A stretch of 29,930 nt of DNA from Candidatus Woesearchaeota archaeon (GTDB taxonomy: Archaea; Nanobdellota; Nanobdellia; Pacearchaeales; GW2011-AR1). The position numbers and the translations under genes are program-made. The DNA is taken from assembly GCA_964451595.1 (NCBI GenBank), contig CAYVIQ010000001.1:1-29930 (forward strand). Direction: 5' to 3'. Under the pieces are notes generated by a model that saw nothing but the letters and a program-made list of their open reading frames with translations, ran no database searches and was not told the origin of the DNA. This document shows positions 25,178-29,930 of this stretch, in pieces (the stretch's first letter is position 1; every line of letters starts with the position of its first letter).

Positions 25178-26230
25178 ATGGAAGAAGAGAAGCACGAATC
25201 ACACCCGGTGCATCATGCACATCATAGAAAAAAATCTTCCGTTACTAAAATAGTTCGTGATAATCCTTGGATAATTTCTTCTATTGTTTTAGGTATCCTT
25301 GTTTTGATTATGGTTTTTTCGGGTTTTTCTGGAGGTACTGGAAAAGTTATTTCTGAATCGAAAATTGGGTCAAAAGCAGTTGATTTTGTTAATTTAGAAC
25401 TGTTACAAGGTCAAGGAAGTGTAACTTTAGTTTCTGTTTCTCAAGAAGAAGGATTCTATAAGGTTATTGTTGATTACAGTGGACAGGAAGTTCCAATTTA
25501 TTTTACTAAAGATGGTTATTATATGGGAAGTGTTTTAGCTTCTGTTGGTTCTATTGAAGATGCTCCGAGTTCGACGGAAAGTGTTGACCAGAATATTCCT
25601 AAGTCAGGTAAACCTTCCGTTGAATTGTTTGTTATGAGTTATTGTCCGTATGGTACCCAGGCTGAGAAAGGTCTATTGCCTGTTTTGAATTTACTTGGAG
25701 ATAAAATTGATTTCCACTTGAGATTTGTTTATTATGCTATGCATCCTTCGTATGGTGAAGTTGAGGAAAACTTGAGACAGTATTGTATACAGAAAGAACA
25801 GGAAAACGTATTTAATGATTATTTGGAATGTTTCCTTGAAGAAGGAGATAGTCCAAGTTGTTTGGTTGAGACAGGTGTTGATCAAGATGCTTTAGAAAGT
25901 TGTTTCATAGTTGCTGATGAAGAGTTTAGTGTATCTGCAAACAAGGATGATACTTCAAGTTGGTTAAGTGGAAAATATCCTTTGTTTGATGTTGATAAAG
26001 AGCTTAATGAAAAATATGGTGTTGGCGGAAGTCCTACTTTAGTTATCAATGGAGTTAAAGTTTCAAGTGGTAGAAGTCCTGCAGCTATGTTAGATGCGGT
26101 TTGTCAATCTTTCACAGAAGGTAGTGCTCCAGAAGTGTGTGATACAGAATTGCCCTCGGATAGTTATTCACCTGGATTTGGTTGGACATTGTCTACTGGT
26201 CAAAGTACTGAGGGTGCTCAGTGTTATTAA
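25178..26230 (+). CDS. Membrane-anchored DsbC/DsbA-like thioredoxin-fold protein with a CPYG active site
   Basis: One N-terminal TM, GFYKV...YFTKDGYY dimerisation-like domain, VELFVMSYCPYG, cis-Pro loop GVGGSPTLVING. Start reassigned to ATG 25178 (TTTAAAGG 25151-25158). Confidence 0.85.
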   Translation: MEEEKHESHPVHHAHHRKKSSVTKIVRDNPWIISSIVLGILVLIMVFSGFSGGTGKVISESKIGSKAVDFVNLELLQGQGSVTLVSVSQEEGFYKVIVDYSGQEVPIYFTKDGYYMGSVLASVGSIEDAPSSTESVDQNIPKSGKPSVELFVMSYCPYGTQAEKGLLPVLNLLGDKIDFHLRFVYYAMHPSYGEVEENLRQYCIQKEQENVFNDYLECFLEEGDSPSCLVETGVDQDALESCFIVADEEFSVSANKDDTSSWLSGKYPLFDVDKELNEKYGVGGSPTLVINGVKVSSGRSPAAMLDAVCQSFTEGSAPEVCDTELPSDSYSPGFGWTLSTGQSTEGAQCY

Positions 26231-26285
26231 TTTATATATTCCTTGGTTAGATAATACTTATAAACTTTGATTTTGTTTTTTTATT

Positions 26286-26666
26286 ATGGAAGAAAATGAA
26301 TATGGTGTTTATGATGTTCTTTTAGGAATTTTTAATAATCTTCCTAAGGGGGTTGTAAAGTATAATCATGATTGGACAGATTTCAATAAATTTTTCTTTG
26401 ATAGGCGTGATAAGTATTCCGTTCTTGATAAATTGGCTTTTGATACAGAGGAGAATTTTCCCGAAAGCAAAGAACTTTATTCTTCCATGGATACCTTAGA
26501 TAAATCTTGGATATCATATTATAATGGAGAAGATCCTTTTAGAAATGTTCTTAATCGAGATGCGATAAAAATCACTTTCGATAGATTTTCTAAAAAAAAG
26601 TTTGATGAAAAAGAGTTGGGAGAGCTTGAAATTCTATCTGAAGATTTTGGAGAAATGTTTTGCTGA
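26286..26666 (+). CDS. Hypothetical acidic protein (126 aa), possibly winged-helix/Panacea-like
   Basis: ATG with TTATAAAC (26258-26265) at canonical spacing; the fold call is inference only. Confidence 0.75.
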   Translation: MEENEYGVYDVLLGIFNNLPKGVVKYNHDWTDFNKFFFDRRDKYSVLDKLAFDTEENFPESKELYSSMDTLDKSWISYYNGEDPFRNVLNRDAIKITFDRFSKKKFDEKELGELEILSEDFGEMFC

Positions 26667-26667
26667 T

Positions 26668-26878
26668 TTAATAATTTCTTTCAGATAAGTGCATAAAGTA
26701 TTTATCTGATATTGTAAAATATCTCTTTATTCTCTGAAAATTTTCGCCTGTTAATTTTATTTTTCCTTTTTCGATTCCCTCAAGAATTCCTACGTCTATT
26801 TTTGTATTCTCAGCTAATTCTTCAATAGAACATTTCTTCTAATTTCTTAGTTCCTTTTATCGCTTTTCCACAATTCAT
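26668..26878 (-). pseudogene. XRE/Cro-C1 helix-turn-helix regulator pseudogene (one extra base plus an in-frame TAG)
   Basis: Removing one base in the A-run at 26855-26858 gives MNCGKAIKELRN*KKCSIEELAENTKIDVGILEGIEKGKIKLTGENFQRIKRYF...; length 211 nt = 70 codons + 1; TAG at 26841-26839; promoter TTTAAAGG 26898-26905 intact. Confidence 0.8.
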
Positions 26879-26911
26879 CCTTTGTTTTGGATATTTACCT
26901 TTAAAAAGTTT

Positions 26912-28114
26912 TTAGTTTTTCAGATATTGTATTTCATCTTCGGATAATTTTAGTTCTTTTGCGATTTTAACATTTGAATTTATAATTTGTTTTATTATTG
27001 GGAATTCATACATTGCACGTTTTAATCCTACATGTGTGACTTTCGAATACTTTTCAGCTATAGATTTTTTCTTTGCTGTTCGCTGATTGTTCATCCAGAT
27101 TTTTAAAATTCTTGTTGGGTTTTTGTATTTTGTAAATCCATATTTATTTTCTTTTTTTGCTGCTGCGATTCCGTAGCTTAAAAAAATATTTTCGTAAACC
27201 ATGAATCTCCAGTATTGTTGTTTGTAAATTCTTCCTTTGAAAACATCTGCTCGGCTTAATTTATCATATGCAATTGCAAGTTCTTTTCCTGAATATTCTG
27301 CTGGAATATTTTCTTCAATCCATAAAAATATCTCGTCTAAGGGCATATTTACTTTATCATAAATTCCGAGGATTTCTTCGGTTGGTTTTTGTTGAAATAC
27401 TCTTTTTAGTGCGTTAAAAATATCTAGTTCTTTGTTTCTTTGATCAAAGTCGATTTGGTTTGAATCAGAATTCACTAAATTCGAAATTGTTTGTAAATCA
27501 TTTATTGCTGCACGTAAATCTCCTGCAGATTTTACCGATATTTTTGTTAAGGAATCTTGTTCTATTTCTTTTCCTTCTCTTCTTATTATTTCCGCTAAAA
27601 CTTCACGGATTATTTTGTAATCTATTTCTTTTAATTCTAAAATATCGCAATATTTTCTTATTGCCGAAAGTTTTTTTGACCATGCGTCATTTGCTGTTAA
27701 AATTACTGGGAACTTAGATTCTTCAATTAGTGAAATTAATTCTTGTATTCCTCCTCTGTCTTGATATCCTGAAATTCCGTCAACTTCGTCAACAAGAATT
27801 AATTTTGTTTTTTTAGTTAAAGACATTTGTTCCATTGCAGGTTTAAGAATTTCTCTCATTTTGTCTTTATTTCTTAAATCCGAAGCATTAAGTTCAAATA
27901 TTTCTGCGTTGTACTCTTTTGCTGCAACATGTGCTAATGTTGTCTTTCCTGTTCCAGGAGTTCCGTGTAATAGTAAAGCTTGTTTTTGTTTTCTTGTTAA
28001 TTCTCCAATACTGAAATCGCTTAAAAATTTTTTTATTTTTACTATTGCTTCTTCTTGTCCTTTGATTTCTTCAAATGTTCTTGGACGGTATTTCTCTACC
28101 CAAGGTCTTGTCAT
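26912..28114 (-). CDS. rfcL: Replication factor C large subunit
   Basis: PWVEKYRP, GTPGTGKT, ELNASD, LVDEVDG, GDLRAAINDLQ, WIEEN, LSRAD.F.GR. Confidence 0.97.
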   Translation of the reverse strand: MTRPWVEKYRPRTFEEIKGQEEAIVKIKKFLSDFSIGELTRKQKQALLLHGTPGTGKTTLAHVAAKEYNAEIFELNASDLRNKDKMREILKPAMEQMSLTKKTKLILVDEVDGISGYQDRGGIQELISLIEESKFPVILTANDAWSKKLSAIRKYCDILELKEIDYKIIREVLAEIIRREGKEIEQDSLTKISVKSAGDLRAAINDLQTISNLVNSDSNQIDFDQRNKELDIFNALKRVFQQKPTEEILGIYDKVNMPLDEIFLWIEENIPAEYSGKELAIAYDKLSRADVFKGRIYKQQYWRFMVYENIFLSYGIAAAKKENKYGFTKYKNPTRILKIWMNNQRTAKKKSIAEKYSKVTHVGLKRAMYEFPIIKQIINSNVKIAKELKLSEDEIQYLKN

Positions 28115-28476
28115 TTATTTGTTCCCCCATCTTGGAAATTTAATTTTAGTTGTACTAAACTGGATCTGTGTTTTCCTCTTTTTGGAAAAATATACTTCCC
28201 TGAATTTAATTCTTGGGAACCAATATTTCCTAAGAGGTAATTGTCTAAATAATTTATTGAACGTCCATTTTCGGATAAGTCTTTTGTATTATGCTTTACA
28301 ACACAGGCCTTCGGTCCTTTTTCTCTTTCGACCAAATATTTGAATACCAAACCATTTCCACAAAGTTTTGTTTCATCAAAGTCTCTGTAAAATTCACAAC
28401 TAGAACAATCTTTTGTAAAATAATTTAATCCCCCGTCGAATCTTTGCCTACTTCTTTTAGGAATTGGTTTTCTCAT
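28111..28476 (-). CDS. Cys-rich hypothetical protein (121 aa) inside the RFC operon
   Basis: C24-x2-C27-x11-C39-x18-C58; TAA-A-ATG coupling to rfcS and ATGA overlap with rfcL. Confidence 0.75.
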   Translation of the reverse strand: MRKPIPKRSRQRFDGGLNYFTKDCSSCEFYRDFDETKLCGNGLVFKYLVEREKGPKACVVKHNTKDLSENGRSINYLDNYLLGNIGSQELNSGKYIFPKRGKHRSSLVQLKLNFQDGGTNK

Positions 28477-28477
28477 T

Positions 28478-29440
28478 TTATTCCTTTCCTAAACCTGCAA
28501 GAACGAAACTTGCAAGTAGAGCTTGAAGTTGGATAAATGGATCTGAACCTTCGACAATTCGAAATTCTGCTTCGCCTGTTTTTTCTGTAAGTTTTACTTT
28601 AATTTCAGGTTCTATTGGAAGATTCCAGATTTCTTTTTGTATAGATTTTATAACATCTTGCCCTGAAATAGATTCTTTTAACATTACATCTAAGAGTTTT
28701 TCCCTTGAGTTTTGAAAATCTCCTGCAAGAGCATAATCTAGAACTAATTTGATGTCTTTGGGTTTTGCATTAGATATTATTGTTGATGCTAATTCGGAAG
28801 TGATGCTTGGAGATATTGAAGCAGTTGATTGTAATAAGTTTGTTGCCCTTCTGCAATCTCCTTCTGAACCTTCGTAAAGTGTTTCTATTGCTTCAGGACT
28901 TATTGTTAGCTTCTCAAATTCTGAAATTCTATTTATATATTTTTCAATATCCTTTTTTTCTAAGAGTTTGAATCTAAATATTGCACAACGTGATTGTATT
29001 GGATCAATTATTTTTGAGGAATAATTACAAGATAGTACGAAACGACAAGTTGAAGAATAATTTTCCATGGTTCTTCTTAGAGCTTGTTGAGCTTCTGGGG
29101 TTAAAGCGTCGGCTTCGTCTAGGAAGATTACTTTGAAAGGCACATTACCAATTGATTTTGTTCTTGCGAAATTTTTTACTTTTTCTCTAACAATATTAAT
29201 TCCTCTTTCGTCAGAAGCGTTTAGTTCAAGATAATTTTCACGCCAATTGCTTCCATAAAGTTGTTTTACGATTATTAATGCAAGGGTAGATTTTCCTGTT
29301 CCAGCAGGTCCTGCAAAAAGGAGATGAGGGATGTTTAATGAGTTTGTTAGAGACTCAACACGTTTTATGATATCTTCCTGTCCGACGACTTCAGAGAATT
29401 TTGAAGGACGATATTTTTCTGTCCAAATTTCGCTCACCAT
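28478..29440 (-). CDS. rfcS: Replication factor C small subunit
   Basis: WTEKYRP, GPAGTGKS, ELNASDERGI, FLDEAD, ALRRTME, SRC motif, GDCRR; no intein. Confidence 0.99.
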   Translation of the reverse strand: MVSEIWTEKYRPSKFSEVVGQEDIIKRVESLTNSLNIPHLLFAGPAGTGKSTLALIIVKQLYGSNWRENYLELNASDERGINIVREKVKNFARTKSIGNVPFKVIFLDEADALTPEAQQALRRTMENYSSTCRFVLSCNYSSKIIDPIQSRCAIFRFKLLEKKDIEKYINRISEFEKLTISPEAIETLYEGSEGDCRRATNLLQSTASISPSITSELASTIISNAKPKDIKLVLDYALAGDFQNSREKLLDVMLKESISGQDVIKSIQKEIWNLPIEPEIKVKLTEKTGEAEFRIVEGSDPFIQLQALLASFVLAGLGKE

Positions 29441-29493
29441 AGTTAGAATATTAGATTTTAGTTAATAAAGGTTATTGTGATGAAATGGATGTT

Positions 29494-29766
29494 TTAAGAA
29501 TGTTCGTCCAATATTGATCTTAATTTATCTGCAATTGATCCTTCTTTTTGATCAACAACTTTTCTTATATCTTCTATAAGACGAGTATAACTGCTTTCTA
29601 TATCAAATTCTAAAAGTCTCATTGATTCAACCAAATCTTCTCCATCTAGAATCATATTTGATAATTTTGCTTCGGCAAATTTCGAATTATAATTAATATA
29701 ATTGTCTAGAAGTTCACTTAATTTTTTCACTTCATGTCTTCCAGAAGGTCTATACAAATTTACCAT
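29494..29766 (-). CDS. Hypothetical helical protein (90 aa)
   Basis: GGAGA upstream of the ATG and TTAAAAAC at 29786-29793. Confidence 0.7.
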   Translation of the reverse strand: MVNLYRPSGRHEVKKLSELLDNYINYNSKFAEAKLSNMILDGEDLVESMRLLEFDIESSYTRLIEDIRKVVDQKEGSIADKLRSILDEHS

Positions 29767-29822
29767 AAAATTTAATCTCCTTTTTGTTTTTAAGAATTGT
29801 TGTTTTAGAATTCTATTTAGAA

Positions 29823-29930
29823 CTACTTACTTCTAGAACGTCTTACCTTACGTTTGTGCTTTTCTTTTCTAAGTCTTTTACGTTGCCATTTCCAACGCAT
29901 TTGTCCTTTCTTTTTCCAACGTCTTGAACT
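29823..29930 (-). CDS. rpl41e: Ribosomal protein eL41 (archaeal L41e/eS32), 5' end outside the window (not in ORF track)
   Basis: Translates as SSRRWKKKGQMRWKWQRKRLRKEKHKRKVRRSRSK*, containing the WKKKG.MRWKW signature of archaeal L41e. Confidence 0.9.
   Translation of the reverse strand, partial: SSRRWKKKGQMRWKWQRKRLRKEKHKRKVRRSRSK

Noticed and set aside
26839-26841. Stop-codon reassignment (TAG readthrough) as explanation for the broken HTH gene
   Set aside because: TAG terminates fen, trm5, asnS and rpl41e normally, and a frameshift would be needed as well.
2013-28343. Numerous 60-170 aa ORFs in the track overlapping known genes (e.g. 2013, 3464, 4739, 6508, 7186, 8966, 9316, 10429, 11222, 13312, 18090, 21638, 27861)
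   Set aside because: Antisense or alternate-frame shadows of well-supported genes, with no promoter or motif.
1-29930. CRISPR array, IS element, provirus, intein or replication origin
   Set aside because: No regularly spaced repeats, transposase/integrase, att duplication of the tRNA 3' end, oversized PolB/RFC, orc1/cdc6 or ORB-like repeats were found.

Overview
AT-rich archaeal chromosomal window, most consistent with a DPANN lineage such as Pacearchaeota/Woesearchaeota (inferred from gene content and divergence, not from a search). It holds mainly housekeeping genes: replication (DNA ligase, PolB, FEN1, RFC small/large), transcription (TBP), division (FtsZ), and translation/tRNA maturation (AsnRS, AspRS, GatD, GatE, Trm5-like, bacterial-type MnmA, Dim2-like KH protein, eL41, intron-containing tRNA-Asn). 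Short orphan ORFs are interspersed among them. Most genes have an 8-nt TATA-like box ending about 20-22 nt before the ATG, implying leaderless mRNAs. The most interesting signals are absent from the ORF track: (i) a GC-rich ~127-nt structured RNA of unrecognised family at 1119-1245; (ii) two 20-codon upstream ORFs that start at the predicted TSS and run over the SD and start codon of ftsZ and of a HerA-like ATPase; (iii) a stand-alone 25-aa hyperacidic microprotein gene with promoter, GGAGGT SD and U-tract; (iv) a doubly broken XRE-HTH pseudogene; and (v) a Cys-rich ORF wedged into the rfcS-rfcL operon. No CRISPR array, IS element or integrase was seen.
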